A stretch of 64,000 nucleotides of DNA from Nitrosopumilaceae archaeon (GTDB lineage Archaea; Thermoproteota; Nitrososphaeria; Nitrososphaerales; Nitrosopumilaceae). The DNA is taken from the NCBI GenBank assembly GCA_965214835.1, contig CBDCCK010000002.1, positions 832,001 to 896,000 of the forward strand. Reading direction: 5' to 3'. This document shows positions 29,582 to 40,373 of this stretch, piece after piece. Each line of letters opens with the position of its first letter. Position 1 is the first letter of the stretch. Made by a program: the position numbers and the translations under genes. Under the pieces are notes generated by a model that worked only from the letters and a program-made list of their open reading frames with translations, searched no databases and was not told the DNA's origin.

Positions 29582-30390
29582 AAACCCCGATCTCAAATCC
29601 AAGGCCGGAGCTGCAGCTGGCGATCGATGCGGCATTAAGGGCGGGGGATGCCATACTGGAGGTATATTCAGGGGAGTTTGCGACAAAGACAAAGGCAGAC
29701 GAATCCCCGATTACGGAGGCAGACGTTAGGAGCAACAGGATCATCAAGGAGGTGCTGGGCCGGTCAGGACACCGGATTCTTTCCGAGGAGGACAGCGACG
29801 ACAGGTCCAGGCTCGGACAGGATTTCGTCTGGATAGTTGATCCGCTTGACGGGACCAGCGACTTTGTAAAACGAACCGGCGAGTTTACCGTGATGATATC
29901 GCTGGTTGAAAGGAACATCCCGGTCATCGGCGTCATATACTGGCCTGCTGAGAATACCGTGTTTGTAGCACAAAAAGGCTCGGGTGCATACAGAAGGGCC
30001 GTAGGTGTCTGGAAGAGGATCCGGGTTACCAGGGAGGCGGAGCTGGAAAACTGCAGGGCCGTAGGCAGTAGAATGCACCTGTCAGAGGGGGAAAAGTCCC
30101 TGCTGCAGGGACTGCGGGTAAGGGAGTTCACCGGCATAGGCAGCTCGTTGAAGGTGGGAAAGATAAGCAGCGGCGAGGCCGAGATTTACATCACTACAAC
30201 CGACAGGATGAAGGAGTGGGACACGTGCGCGTCATTTTGCATAATTACCGAGGCCGGGGGCAGGATGACAGACATCCTGGGAAACGTGCTGACATACAAC
30301 AATGAGACGGTCAGCCATCCCAACGGGGTTGTGGCCACCAACGGCGTAATCCATGACAAGGTAATACAGGGCATGAAAAAATCAAAGTAG
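29578..30390 (+). CDS. cysQ: 3'(2'),5'-bisphosphate nucleotidase
   Basis: SPITEAD, ILSEE, WIVDPLDGT and EWDT motifs. Confidence 0.92.
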   Translation: MKTPISNPRPELQLAIDAALRAGDAILEVYSGEFATKTKADESPITEADVRSNRIIKEVLGRSGHRILSEEDSDDRSRLGQDFVWIVDPLDGTSDFVKRTGEFTVMISLVERNIPVIGVIYWPAENTVFVAQKGSGAYRRAVGVWKRIRVTREAELENCRAVGSRMHLSEGEKSLLQGLRVREFTGIGSSLKVGKISSGEAEIYITTTDRMKEWDTCASFCIITEAGGRMTDILGNVLTYNNETVSHPNGVVATNGVIHDKVIQGMKKSK

Positions 30391-30894
30391 GTTTTTGGAT
30401 TTAAGATGGTCCAGGATTCTAGCCACGCTCTCATCCAGTGACTCCCCCTCTGTATCTACGACAAGGTCGGGGTTTTCCGGCACCTCGTACGGATCGTCCA
30501 GTCCGGTAAAGTTCTTGATCTCGCCTGCCCTTGCCTTTTTGTACATTCCCTTGACATCACGCTCCTCGCATCGATCCAGGGAGCACTTGACATAGACCTC
30601 CAAGAACCGGTCGCCTGCATCGATGATCCTCCGTACATTTTCCCGATTTGCAGCGTACGGACTGACCAGGGATACGCCGACCGGGACCTTGTGCCTGAGG
30701 AGTAGCTTTGCGACATGCGCGACCTTTTTGTTGTGCTCGTCACGGGCCTCCCTGGAAAAGTCCTTGGGGGACAGCCACTCCCTTAACTCGTCGCCGTCCA
30801 GCATGGCAAGGTTTGGAACACTTTCCTGCATTTTTCTCAGGATCGTGGTTTTTCCAGAGCACGGCAGTCCGGTCATCCAAACTACAAAGCTCAT
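30382..30894 (-). CDS. cysC: Adenylylsulfate kinase
   Basis: TGLPCSGKTT, LDGD.LR, RDVKGMY and FTGLDDPYE.P motifs. Confidence 0.95.
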   Translation of the reverse strand: MSFVVWMTGLPCSGKTTILRKMQESVPNLAMLDGDELREWLSPKDFSREARDEHNKKVAHVAKLLLRHKVPVGVSLVSPYAANRENVRRIIDAGDRFLEVYVKCSLDRCEERDVKGMYKKARAGEIKNFTGLDDPYEVPENPDLVVDTEGESLDESVARILDHLKSKNLL

Positions 30895-30936
30895 TTCATT
30901 TCATAGGCTTTAAGGGCGGTTTTAAAGAGCTTGCGA

Positions 30937-31485
30937 TCACAGTCTTCCCCTGTACCATGGCCGGCTCTCCAGGAATTCTATCTCCTTGATCATCTCTGCC
31001 ACCGTCTTTGTTTCCGTCATTACGGATCGGAACTGCTCGTACATCTGGGCCTCCTCCTCGGGGGAGAGGACGTTTTTTTCGGCCTCGTCAAAGAACGCGT
31101 CCTCCTTTGCCAGGTGATCGGTGAGATAGACGTGATACGTACGCATGAACCTGGATACGGGCTCGCGCGAGTCCCTGCCCGACTTCCACTCCTGCAGGTG
31201 CCTTGAGATGTTTCTTGCAACCCTCCTTCCAAACTCATGCTCGATCAGAAACCGCCTGATTTCCTCGTTGAGCCCGCCATAGCCTGCGACACACGCAAAA
31301 TAAGAGTTCTCCTCGCGCTCATAATGGATGGAATCCAGGAACTCTGAGATTACCAGGGTGATTTTGTCCATGTCAGAAAACGGGATGTCGCGTCCCTCCT
31401 CCAGGCAGGTATAGCACCTAAGGACTATCCTGCCCAGCCTCCTGACCTGCCTGTGATCGTTGCGAAGAGTCTCTGTTCCGCTCAC
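30937..31485 (-). CDS. Hemerythrin/HHE-domain protein
   Basis: H...HYEREE...EH...HLAKED pattern. Confidence 0.85.
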   Translation of the reverse strand: MSGTETLRNDHRQVRRLGRIVLRCYTCLEEGRDIPFSDMDKITLVISEFLDSIHYEREENSYFACVAGYGGLNEEIRRFLIEHEFGRRVARNISRHLQEWKSGRDSREPVSRFMRTYHVYLTDHLAKEDAFFDEAEKNVLSPEEEAQMYEQFRSVMTETKTVAEMIKEIEFLESRPWYRGRL

Positions 31486-31571
31486 AGTCCTGATTGGGCT
31501 TGCGCATTAATTACTATTCACTAGGTGATTTTGTGAACAGGTCTTGACAGCTTTGCCTTTTATCTGTCGAT

Positions 31572-32996
31572 TTGGAGGTTCAGTCAGTGATACCCGTATT
31601 TCTGAGCCTGTTGGATGTGATCAGGGACCATTTTGGCCAAGGCGCGCCTCCGGTCAGGACGCAGGACATGGGCTTCAACTCGCTGGTGGGGGGCCTTGTT
31701 GACCTGTGGGAGGCAGTCGTCGGCCTGTCGTCTGAGGCCGCGCCCATTGCAGAGGCGCACGTGGTCCTGCTGGCAGCCGGAACCGTGATCTTTTTAGGGG
31801 TTGCCGGGGAGGCCTTTTTCAAAAAGACCGGGATACCGGATATTGCGTTTTTGATGGTCTTGGGGGTCATAATCGGCCCCCTGCTGGGAATCATCCAGGC
31901 CGAGGTCGTGGTTCAGATCGTTCCGTTCTTTGCGGCAATTGCGCTGATTATCATCATGTTTGACGGCGGACTGAACCTCGACTTTAAGCACATGGCAAGA
32001 ACTGCGCACTTTGCCTCCGTCCTGGCGTTTGTAGGGTTTGCCGTATCGGTCACAATCGTTACCCTGTTTGCACATTACGGCCTCGGATGGGAGTGGATGG
32101 ACAGCATCCTGCTTTCAGTCATCGTGGGAGGCAGCAGCTCGGTAATCGTGTTTGGCCTCGTCAGGAATCTCAGGATTTCCGAGGAGGCCAAGTCGATGCT
32201 GAGCTTCGAGTCCGCAGTAACCGACATCCTGGCCACAATCATCGCCTTTATCCTGTTTGAGGCGATTCTGACAGGCCAGTTTGACATGAACCTGCTCGGG
32301 GAGACTATAGGCAGGGCAGTCGTTGTCGGCCTGATTCTGGGATTCGGCGTGGGCATTCCCTGGATGTACGTTACGACAAAGCTTGGAAACGCACAGCACT
32401 CGTACATGCTGACGCTGGGAATCCTGTTCGTGCTGTTCTTCATGGCAAACACGCTCGGGGAGTCGGGGGCGCTGACTGCGCTGGTCTTTGGCCTGATGCT
32501 GGGAAACAAGCAGCACTTTGCAAGGTATCTCAAGTTCAGGCTGCCCAGGATCGAGAGCAATGACTCCATGCACAGCCAGCTGACGTTCCTGGTCCGGTCG
32601 TTTTTCTTCGTGTTTGTAGGACTGCTTGCCAGCTTTGGCCAGATAGAGTACATAGTGTTTGGGATACTGGCAACGGTTGCAATCTACATCGGAAGAATGG
32701 CGGTGGTCAGGACGACGCTGACAAGGCGGTTCTCCAGGCTGGACAAGAGTGTCACAGGCGTCATGATCCCAAGGGGTCTGGCCGCCGCAGTGCTTGCGAC
32801 CCTGCCGATCACCTACGGCCTGCCAAACGCAGAGGCCTATCCGCAGATTATTTTCTTTATAATTTTATCATCGGTGATCATGACGACGGTCGGGCTGGGA
32901 AGGGCCAAGAAGATACCACCTCCGGAGAGTCGCGAGGGCGGATACATCAAAGAGCCGCCGGACGACGGCGGGGATCAGCCACAAAACAGCGTCTGA
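31572..32996 (+). CDS. Cation:proton antiporter (CPA1/NhaP-like)
   Basis: 12-13 TMs; FDGG, LSFESAVTD and IPRGLAAAVLA motifs; true start may be 31668. Confidence 0.88.
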   Translation: MEVQSVIPVFLSLLDVIRDHFGQGAPPVRTQDMGFNSLVGGLVDLWEAVVGLSSEAAPIAEAHVVLLAAGTVIFLGVAGEAFFKKTGIPDIAFLMVLGVIIGPLLGIIQAEVVVQIVPFFAAIALIIIMFDGGLNLDFKHMARTAHFASVLAFVGFAVSVTIVTLFAHYGLGWEWMDSILLSVIVGGSSSVIVFGLVRNLRISEEAKSMLSFESAVTDILATIIAFILFEAILTGQFDMNLLGETIGRAVVVGLILGFGVGIPWMYVTTKLGNAQHSYMLTLGILFVLFFMANTLGESGALTALVFGLMLGNKQHFARYLKFRLPRIESNDSMHSQLTFLVRSFFFVFVGLLASFGQIEYIVFGILATVAIYIGRMAVVRTTLTRRFSRLDKSVTGVMIPRGLAAAVLATLPITYGLPNAEAYPQIIFFIILSSVIMTTVGLGRAKKIPPPESREGGYIKEPPDDGGDQPQNSV

Positions 32997-33014
32997 TAAA
33001 AAGCAAAAAGGGGG

Positions 33015-33929
33015 TTAGATGTTAAGAGAGTCCTTCAATCCCTTGTACCGGTTTCGGATCGTAACCTCCGTTACGTTTGCAGCCTCTGCAATATCCCTCT
33101 GGGTCTTGTCCTCGCCGTTTTTGACGCAGGACAGGTACAGTGCAGCCGCGGCCAGGCCCATCGGATCCTTTCCTGCAGACACCTCGTTTTCCTGGGCGTC
33201 CTTTAGGACCTTGATTGCATAGCGCTTTGTCTTTTCCGCAATTCCGATCCTGCTTGCAATTCTGGCCACGCATTGAATCGAGTCCGTAACGGGCATCTTC
33301 AGATCCAGCTCCTTGACCAGGAGCCTGTAGCATCTTGCAATGTCCTTTCTTTTGATGTTTGCCGCCTGTTCAACATCCTTTAGGTTTCTAGGTGTTGCAG
33401 TGTCCCTGCATGCGGCATACAGTGCCGAGGCCATGAGTGCCGAGATGGATCGTCCCCTTACAAGGCCCTTGTCAAGTGCCTTCCTATAGATGTAGGCCGC
33501 CTTTTCAATTACAGAGTCCGAGATTGCGAGCTTGTCTTTTAGGCGGTTTAATTCGCTGAAGGCCTGCCTAAAGTTCCTGTCGACCGGCTCATGGACCTGG
33601 CTCCGGCTGTCCCATGTTCTGAGGCGCTCGATGGTGCTCTTCATAGAGGCAGTCAGCGGTCTTCCGGACGCGTCTTTGTTTACGGGATTGATGATTGTCG
33701 CAAGCCCCATGTCGTGCATCGTCAGCGAGGTCGGAGCTCCCGCCCTTGCCCGGTCACCGTGCTCGTCCTGTGTAAATGATCTCCATTCCGGACCCGATTC
33801 CTGGATCTTCTCAGACAGAACGAACCCGCACTTGGAGCAAAACATCTCGCCGGACTCGTTGTCGGTGACGAGCTTGCCCTTTGCACAGCGCGGGCATAGT
33901 TCCTTTGGATTGGATGCTTGTCTTACCAT
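33015..33929 (-). CDS. tfb: Transcription initiation factor IIB
   Basis: Zn ribbon CPRC/CSKC, GPEWRSF, cyclin repeats and VTEVTIRNRYK. Confidence 0.97.
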   Translation of the reverse strand: MVRQASNPKELCPRCAKGKLVTDNESGEMFCSKCGFVLSEKIQESGPEWRSFTQDEHGDRARAGAPTSLTMHDMGLATIINPVNKDASGRPLTASMKSTIERLRTWDSRSQVHEPVDRNFRQAFSELNRLKDKLAISDSVIEKAAYIYRKALDKGLVRGRSISALMASALYAACRDTATPRNLKDVEQAANIKRKDIARCYRLLVKELDLKMPVTDSIQCVARIASRIGIAEKTKRYAIKVLKDAQENEVSAGKDPMGLAAAALYLSCVKNGEDKTQRDIAEAANVTEVTIRNRYKGLKDSLNI

Positions 33930-34014
33930 TGTTGTTCTATGGGGTAAAATCCACTACTATTTATGAATCAATAACTTTTTTAATATGATTTTTAGGCACA
34001 TCGGCCGTTTTTGG

Positions 34015-34107
34015 GTACGGGGTCACCTACCCTCATCAGCCAGGCACGAATCAGCATGCATGATTGTGATTTTCGTGTCTAGATAGCAGGGGGACGTGGC
34101 CACATAC
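34015..34107. mobile_element. MITE family A upstream of tfb
   Basis: 93 bp, near-identical to 5855-5947; 8-bp TSD GTTTTTGG. Confidence 0.92.
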
Positions 34108-34164
34108 GTTTTTGGACGCCCTGCACAACAAAGCCTTCTTTAGGGGAAAACGGGGATTGATGTT

Positions 34165-35112
34165 GTGACTGTCAAGTATGGCCTGCTTTTGGCTGCCTTC
34201 ATGGCAATTGTGATCCCCTCCGCATACGGCGAGACGCTCAGGCAGGCCATGGAGGGGGGGGTTGATGTCACCATCACATACCCCGAGTCAGTGATTTCCG
34301 GGGATGCCTTTTCAATCACCATACTAGTTGAGAACAACGGATGGGAGGATAAGCAGGACATACGGTTTGACTTCAGGCCAAGCTCCGCGCTGGCTGCAAG
34401 CCAAGACAGGCTGGTCATCGATAGAATTGCAGAGGGTGGATCGTTTGGTGAGACGATTGGCTTTGACGCATTTTCAGAAAGTGGGAATGACTATTTTCTA
34501 AACATAGGGTATTCACAGGTTTTGGTGCAGGACAATGAGACTCCACTGGAGCCGTTTACGACAGACTTTGCAATTCCAATTACGGTCAAAGACGAGCCCA
34601 GAATCCTGATACGGACCACCACGCCGGAGTCAATTTTCACCAATGCGGAGTTTCCTTTTGAGGTAGAGGTTCTCTCTGAAGACATTGACCTGTATGATGT
34701 AAACGTAAGAATCATTGCGCCCAGGGATATCGAGTTCAGGGGGGAGACACTGCACACCTTTTCAAGCGTGGATAAAAACGAGGCGGTAAACATCAGGGCA
34801 GAGATAATCACGCCAAGAGAGGAGGTAAATACGCAGCACAGGCTGCCGTTTGAGGTAATAGCCACGTACAGGGATCATCGGGATGACGAGAGGACAGAGT
34901 CGAAAATCGTCCCGCTGGTATTGCGTCCGCGAACATTTATGGAGGTGACGACTGACGGGGGGATCTGGGTGGGCAGTTTCTTTATTGCGCCGTACGTCAG
35001 CCTGGGTACCATCATAGGGATTCCGGCCGGGGCCATCCTGTCAGTACTCATAAGAAGGGCCCAAAACAACCCAAAAAAGCGCACCAGGGGAAAAGGTAGG
35101 AATAGCCCATGA
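34165..35112 (+). CDS. Membrane-anchored Ig-like/S-layer-associated protein
   Basis: Signal peptide, two beta-sandwich-like domains, C-terminal TM and basic tail. Confidence 0.7.
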   Translation: MTVKYGLLLAAFMAIVIPSAYGETLRQAMEGGVDVTITYPESVISGDAFSITILVENNGWEDKQDIRFDFRPSSALAASQDRLVIDRIAEGGSFGETIGFDAFSESGNDYFLNIGYSQVLVQDNETPLEPFTTDFAIPITVKDEPRILIRTTTPESIFTNAEFPFEVEVLSEDIDLYDVNVRIIAPRDIEFRGETLHTFSSVDKNEAVNIRAEIITPREEVNTQHRLPFEVIATYRDHRDDERTESKIVPLVLRPRTFMEVTTDGGIWVGSFFIAPYVSLGTIIGIPAGAILSVLIRRAQNNPKKRTRGKGRNSP

Positions 35113-36647
35113 TAAGACTCTCGATAGTCCTGCTAATGGCAGTCTCGCCCGGCATCATTCATGAGGCATGCGGACACGGAGTGGGCGCCGAGACACTGCC
35201 TCCGCAGAGGCTGGGAGACAGGCAGGTCTTCATCGAAGTCAATGCGGTAAGCACAGAAGACCCCGGCATTGATCAGCAGCTTACCTTCCGGCTGATGGAT
35301 GCGCAGACAAGCGAGGCCGTAGGGGGCGTGACGTACGAGATCAAGGCATCAAAGCAGGATATCGTTTTATTTGATGAAAGGTTTGAGAGCGGATCCGGCA
35401 CCCTGGCAGTTGACTTGGTGCACTCGGACTCTGGCGGGATCAGTGTGGAAAAGCGGGCCTCGGGAATATTCGGGTTTATTTCGGGCGATACGGATCTGGC
35501 AAGGGTGACAGGCCCCTACTTTGACTATGGCGGACTGTACCGGTTCGAGATAGGGGTTCTGACCGCAGGCGGCTTTTCAAACAGCCTTGATCCGCCGCTG
35601 GAGTGGAGCTCCGGGGTCTCCATAGCAGACACGACAACCTATGATATCGAGGATGCAAACTATGGAAGGCAGACCCTTACACACATCTCGTACTACGACG
35701 TCATTGAGGACTTTAGCTACGATCCCCTTACAAGCAGCGTCTCGTTTGAGATGCCCTTTGATGGAAGCCTTGACTCGATAAACCAGACCTCCGTCGTCCA
35801 TGAAGAGTTTACAGTGTCAAAGGAGTTCGGGGATCTGATGGTCTCAGACATGTCAGCCTCCGTCAACGGGGTCGTTATGCCCCAGGAGGCGGTTCAGATT
35901 GATGATTTTACAGAGGGCAGGAGAATCGTTCATCTGACCGTCGTCAAGAGCAATATTTTGGAGCTGTACGATCAGGGCAGGTTTCGGGAAGACAGGATGA
36001 GCTTTGTGATCGGCCCGTCACAGGATGGGCTGCCCCTTGCCACCGTGACAAGGAACGGCCAGTTCAGGGTAGTCATGGAGACGGATCCGGCGGAGGCCAG
36101 GTCGGGGCAGGAGCTGGAGGTAAGATACAAGCTGCTTGATGTGTTTCTCAAGGATCGCCCCGTCAGGGTAGACTATGACCTGTATGTGGTGCAGGAAGAC
36201 AGGATGCTGTTTTCCACGAGGGGGGCAAGCAATGACGAGGCCGGAAGGTTTGACTCTGTCAGGTTTTCTGTCCCGGAGCAGTCTGCGGGAATAATCTATG
36301 TTCATTTTGAGAATCTTGCCGGAAACTCGCTGGCATCGGCAAAGCTGCCCATTGCCGTAGACAGGATCCCGCCCACGGCAGCCAGCATTCCGGAATGGAT
36401 AAGGGACAATGCAGGGGCCTGGTCTGCGGGAATTATTGGCGACGAGGAGTTTGTTGCGGGAATCCAATGGCTGATCTCAAAGGACGTCATAATGATTCCA
36501 CAGACACAGGCGGCCGCCGGCCCGGCAGGTGCGATTCCGTCATGGATAAGGTCTGCCGCACATGCGTGGTCCATGGGAATGACCAGCGACGAGGAGTTTG
36601 TAGCCGGCATTGAATTCCTCGTCTCCAACGGGATAATCAGGGTCTGA
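35109..36647 (+). CDS. Secreted thaumarchaeal protein with two C-terminal IPxWI..A..W..G.I.D.EF..GI repeats
   Basis: Signal peptide followed by HG; duplicated helical domain. Confidence 0.8.
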   Translation: MIRLSIVLLMAVSPGIIHEACGHGVGAETLPPQRLGDRQVFIEVNAVSTEDPGIDQQLTFRLMDAQTSEAVGGVTYEIKASKQDIVLFDERFESGSGTLAVDLVHSDSGGISVEKRASGIFGFISGDTDLARVTGPYFDYGGLYRFEIGVLTAGGFSNSLDPPLEWSSGVSIADTTTYDIEDANYGRQTLTHISYYDVIEDFSYDPLTSSVSFEMPFDGSLDSINQTSVVHEEFTVSKEFGDLMVSDMSASVNGVVMPQEAVQIDDFTEGRRIVHLTVVKSNILELYDQGRFREDRMSFVIGPSQDGLPLATVTRNGQFRVVMETDPAEARSGQELEVRYKLLDVFLKDRPVRVDYDLYVVQEDRMLFSTRGASNDEAGRFDSVRFSVPEQSAGIIYVHFENLAGNSLASAKLPIAVDRIPPTAASIPEWIRDNAGAWSAGIIGDEEFVAGIQWLISKDVIMIPQTQAAAGPAGAIPSWIRSAAHAWSMGMTSDEEFVAGIEFLVSNGIIRV

Positions 36648-37268
36648 TCATCTTCGTCTTATCGCTACTGCCGAGGTGGCAATTGCGGCTATCCCGATTC
36701 CCACCGCCACATGCTCGATTCCAAGACCGGGCTTGGATGATTCAAGCCTTTGGATGGAGTTTTTGATTTCGGCCAGCTCGTCTTCAAAATTTTCATGCTC
36801 TGCCATGTTTGGATCCTCGGGCAGGGGGGGGAACTGGATGTACTCCTTGTTTTCTATTTTTGGGGCATGCAGTGACAGACTGACCGGGGTATCATTGATC
36901 TTGCCAAGAACGTTGACCTGGTAATATCCGGGGTTTGTGGGCTCCACAAGGGCAAAGTACTTTCCGGGTATGTGATCCGGCTGCAGGGGAAGGGTGACCG
37001 TAGTCCCGTTTTGTACCAGCTGGATCTTGAGATCCCTGTACAGCAGGGGTATGCCGTCCTCAAAGTCCTGCTCCTCGGGGGGCAGCGACGGATCCAGCGG
37101 ACTGACAAACAACTCAATCCCGTTTGGGGTGTTTGAAACCGCAGGCTCGTTCATCCAGCCTATCTGGATGCGGTACTCCCCCACATAGTCAATCTGATGT
37201 GCGTGGGCAGCAGGCACCAAGGTCACGAAAAGCAGTGAAAGCACGACAGGCGCGGTCTTTGGCTTCAT
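36648..37268 (-). CDS. Secreted, C-terminally anchored protein (mature N-terminal His, possibly Cu-binding)
   Basis: AHA|H signal cleavage, IGWMNEP motif, C-terminal TM + RRR. Confidence 0.7.
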   Translation of the reverse strand: MKPKTAPVVLSLLFVTLVPAAHAHQIDYVGEYRIQIGWMNEPAVSNTPNGIELFVSPLDPSLPPEEQDFEDGIPLLYRDLKIQLVQNGTTVTLPLQPDHIPGKYFALVEPTNPGYYQVNVLGKINDTPVSLSLHAPKIENKEYIQFPPLPEDPNMAEHENFEDELAEIKNSIQRLESSKPGLGIEHVAVGIGIAAIATSAVAIRRR

Positions 37269-37337
37269 GATTTTTTTGAAAGGTCAGGATATTAAAAACA
37301 TTGGAAAATCACCGTGCGTGGATTGATGGTTGTACCA

Positions 37338-38783
37338 CTAGGCATCGGTGTACATGGAGACCTCCCACGGCGTGGGGGTCTGGGCAAATGCGACGTACTC
37401 TTGTTGCTTCAAGTCAACGTATTTCTCCAAAAAGTCCCTTGTGAACACCTCCTCAAGAAACGACGAGTCGCCGCCTAGTGCGTCCAGTGCGCCCTTGAGC
37501 GATACGGGCAGCGAGCCAATCCTGTATTCGCGCTTTTTTTCTGCAGATAGCTTGTAGACGTTTTCCTCGACCGGATCGCCCGGATCCAGCTTTCGCCTGA
37601 TTCCGTCCAGTCCGGCCAGCAGCAGGGCGGCCTCCAGGAGGTAGATGTTTGCAGTCGGATCCGGGACCCTGTATTCGATCCGCTTGCTCGTTTCCTGGTT
37701 CCTATAGTACATCGGAACCCTGATTGCCGCAGAGCGGTTTCCCATCCCCCAGCACACGTTGACAGGCGCCTCAAAGCCAGGAACCAGCCTCTTGTAGGAG
37801 TTTGTCGTGGGGTTTGTTATCGCACACAGTGCCGATGCGTGCTCCAGTATTCCGCCAACGTAGTACCTGCCGATCTGACTAAGCTGCGCAACGCTGTCGT
37901 CTGGATCATACATGGCATTGGTGCTGTTATTCCAAAGGCTCTGATGGGTATGCATTGCAGACGCATTGTCCCCAAAGATCGGCTTGGGCATGAACGTCGC
38001 CACCTTGTTTCGCTTCTTGGCCTTGACCTTGACGACGTTTTTGACCGTAATAACATTGTCTGCCATTCCCAGCATCTCATCGTATGCCAGGTTGATTTCA
38101 CACTGGCCGGAGGTGGCTACCTCGTGGTGTTCTGCCTCGATTTTGATTCGGAAGTACTTGTAAAGATCATCGCAGATGTCCTTTCTAAAGGTCTCAAGCG
38201 TGTCCTTTGGCTGGGACGGATAGTATCCCTCCTTGATGTCTATCGCGGTGCTGATGTTTCCCTTGGCCCACGGGGACTCCTTTGACTCGATAGAGTATCC
38301 CGAGCCGCCTCCCGAATGCGTTGCAGCATAGGGCGACGGGTATACGTTGATGTTGTCAAAGACAAAGAACTCAATTTCTGGCCCCCAGTTGGTATGGGTC
38401 AGTCCGAACTCCCCTAGCCTGCCTGCAGCCTTGTGGGAGATCCCCCTAGAGTCCCTGTTGTACCTGGATTCCTCCGTGGTGTTTCCCTCATAAAGATCAC
38501 AGATGATTCTCGCGTTTTTCCTGCGGCCGTTGTCATATTCGGGGGGCAGGATTCTAAACGTGGATGGATCCGGCTTTAGGATCATGTCTGACTTGTTGAT
38601 GGATTTAAAGCCTGCAATCGAGCTGGCATCAAGCTTTTCCAGGCCGTTGGTGAAGCTAGAGTCGTCAATGGCATAGCTGGGCATTCCCATTCTGTGCAGC
38701 TCGCCAAAGATGTCTACGAACCAGAAATCAATGAATACTATATTCTCGTCCTGAATCGTTTTGAGGACACCGTCGACATTCAA
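37338..38783 (-). CDS. glnA: Glutamine synthetase type I, second divergent paralogue
   Basis: LDASSI, GPEIEFF, HHEVA, FMPKP, NSYKRLVPGFEAP, NRSAAIRVP and RIEYRVPD motifs. Confidence 0.93.
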   Translation of the reverse strand: MNVDGVLKTIQDENIVFIDFWFVDIFGELHRMGMPSYAIDDSSFTNGLEKLDASSIAGFKSINKSDMILKPDPSTFRILPPEYDNGRRKNARIICDLYEGNTTEESRYNRDSRGISHKAAGRLGEFGLTHTNWGPEIEFFVFDNINVYPSPYAATHSGGGSGYSIESKESPWAKGNISTAIDIKEGYYPSQPKDTLETFRKDICDDLYKYFRIKIEAEHHEVATSGQCEINLAYDEMLGMADNVITVKNVVKVKAKKRNKVATFMPKPIFGDNASAMHTHQSLWNNSTNAMYDPDDSVAQLSQIGRYYVGGILEHASALCAITNPTTNSYKRLVPGFEAPVNVCWGMGNRSAAIRVPMYYRNQETSKRIEYRVPDPTANIYLLEAALLLAGLDGIRRKLDPGDPVEENVYKLSAEKKREYRIGSLPVSLKGALDALGGDSSFLEEVFTRDFLEKYVDLKQQEYVAFAQTPTPWEVSMYTDA

Positions 38784-38856
38784 TGAGATAGATTGCCTTC
38801 CGGCCTACTAATGCTAGCAAGTAAGATAGTTTTAGCTATGTTGTTAAGAGTAAAAG

Positions 38857-40212
38857 TCAGTCTTTTTTCAGGCTTTTGGCGTGGCCGTACTTTTGCTCCA
38901 GTTCATCGGCAAAGAAGAACCTGTCCCCGTAGGCAGGCTTTAGGTCATCAAGCCAGATGGCATTCTCGTCGTATTGGGCATAAAACGGCCTTTGAACCCA
39001 GTCGGGGTTTCTTCCCTGAATAAACCTAAACGACATCACCCTTTTGCCGTTGATCGTGGGGGTTCCGTCAATCATGACCTTGCCTGGCGTGGCAGACATG
39101 CTGGGCCCCCTGACGGTCCTGCACAGACCGCTTGTCCTCATGTAGGCGCTCCTGAAGATTTGGTGTGCCCTGACCAGGGGGACTCCAAAGTAGTGTTGTG
39201 CGCCGGTATCGCGGACGACGAACATATAGTACGGGACGCACCCAAGCTGGACCTGTCTTCTCCACATTTCTGACCACATGTCGGCATCGTCGTTGATATG
39301 GGCAAGCAGCGGGGACTGGGTCCTGATTTCCGCGCCGGTCTTTCTGACCTCCCTTATTGCGGCCTTTACGGAGCCCGTTGACAGCTCGACGGTGTGGTTG
39401 AAGTGGGCCATAAATGCCAGGTGTAGTCCCCTTTGGGTCACGCGGGAGAACAGCTCCAGCATGTCAGAGGCATCGCCGTCTGTCAGGAATTTGTACGGCC
39501 AGTATGCAAGGGATTTTGTCCCGATTCTGATGGTCCTAAGGTTTGGAATGTCGGCCTCCAAGAGCGCATCGACGTAGGTCTTGAAGATCTTGGCCTTCAT
39601 GATCATGGGATCCCCTCCCGTAAATAGAATGTCGGTGATTTCAGGATGCTCGGTTACATACCGGACAAGCTCGTCGCTTTCCTTCATCGCAAACTTCATT
39701 TCATCCATCCCTACAAACTGCGGCCATCTAAAGCAGAAACTACAATAGGCATGACACGTCTGGCTTTGGCTCGGGAAAAACAGGCAGGTCTCCTTGTACT
39801 TGTGCTGCATGCCGTACAGCCTTGTCCCATCGGACAGGGAGGGCACGTTTAGCTCCATCTGGCCCGCAGGATGGGGGTTCAGCTGCAGGCGGATTTCGTT
39901 TGCAACCTCGGCAATCTCTTTTTTATCGGCGCCTTTTTTCAGGGTTGCGGCCATTCGTTCAAAATGCTGCGGCCTCAGCATCCCCTTTTGCGGGAATGTC
40001 AGGACATAGATTGGATCGTTTGGGATGTTGTTCCAGTCAATCAGCTGCTCTACGACATAATTGTTGGCCTTGAAGGGCAGAACGTTGCCGACAACCTCCA
40101 TTTCAAACTGCCTTTCCTCAGAAAGGCCCTGCATCTGCGGCAGATCTCGAAAGTTTGCAAGCGTGTATGATTTTAGCGATGGCGATTCATCCCAGACGGT
40201 TTCTAGAGCCAA
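38857..40212 (-). CDS. KamA-family radical SAM/PLP 2,3-aminomutase
   Basis: HKY, CHAYCSFCFR, TGGDP, IRIGTK, HFNH, QSPLL..IND and PGKV (PLP Lys) motifs. Confidence 0.9.
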   Translation of the reverse strand: MALETVWDESPSLKSYTLANFRDLPQMQGLSEERQFEMEVVGNVLPFKANNYVVEQLIDWNNIPNDPIYVLTFPQKGMLRPQHFERMAATLKKGADKKEIAEVANEIRLQLNPHPAGQMELNVPSLSDGTRLYGMQHKYKETCLFFPSQSQTCHAYCSFCFRWPQFVGMDEMKFAMKESDELVRYVTEHPEITDILFTGGDPMIMKAKIFKTYVDALLEADIPNLRTIRIGTKSLAYWPYKFLTDGDASDMLELFSRVTQRGLHLAFMAHFNHTVELSTGSVKAAIREVRKTGAEIRTQSPLLAHINDDADMWSEMWRRQVQLGCVPYYMFVVRDTGAQHYFGVPLVRAHQIFRSAYMRTSGLCRTVRGPSMSATPGKVMIDGTPTINGKRVMSFRFIQGRNPDWVQRPFYAQYDENAIWLDDLKPAYGDRFFFADELEQKYGHAKSLKKD

Positions 40213-40373
40213 CTAGTACAGTCAGTCCCTAACCCTTGTTAAAGGTTACAGGCACAAAATCGCCCAAAATGCGGCTTTTTTGCCCAAAATCAGTAAAAAA
40301 AATCTGATACTATACAACAACTAGTGTTAACCATGACACCTAACTTTTGCCTTGGGAGACAGATTGTAGGCAC

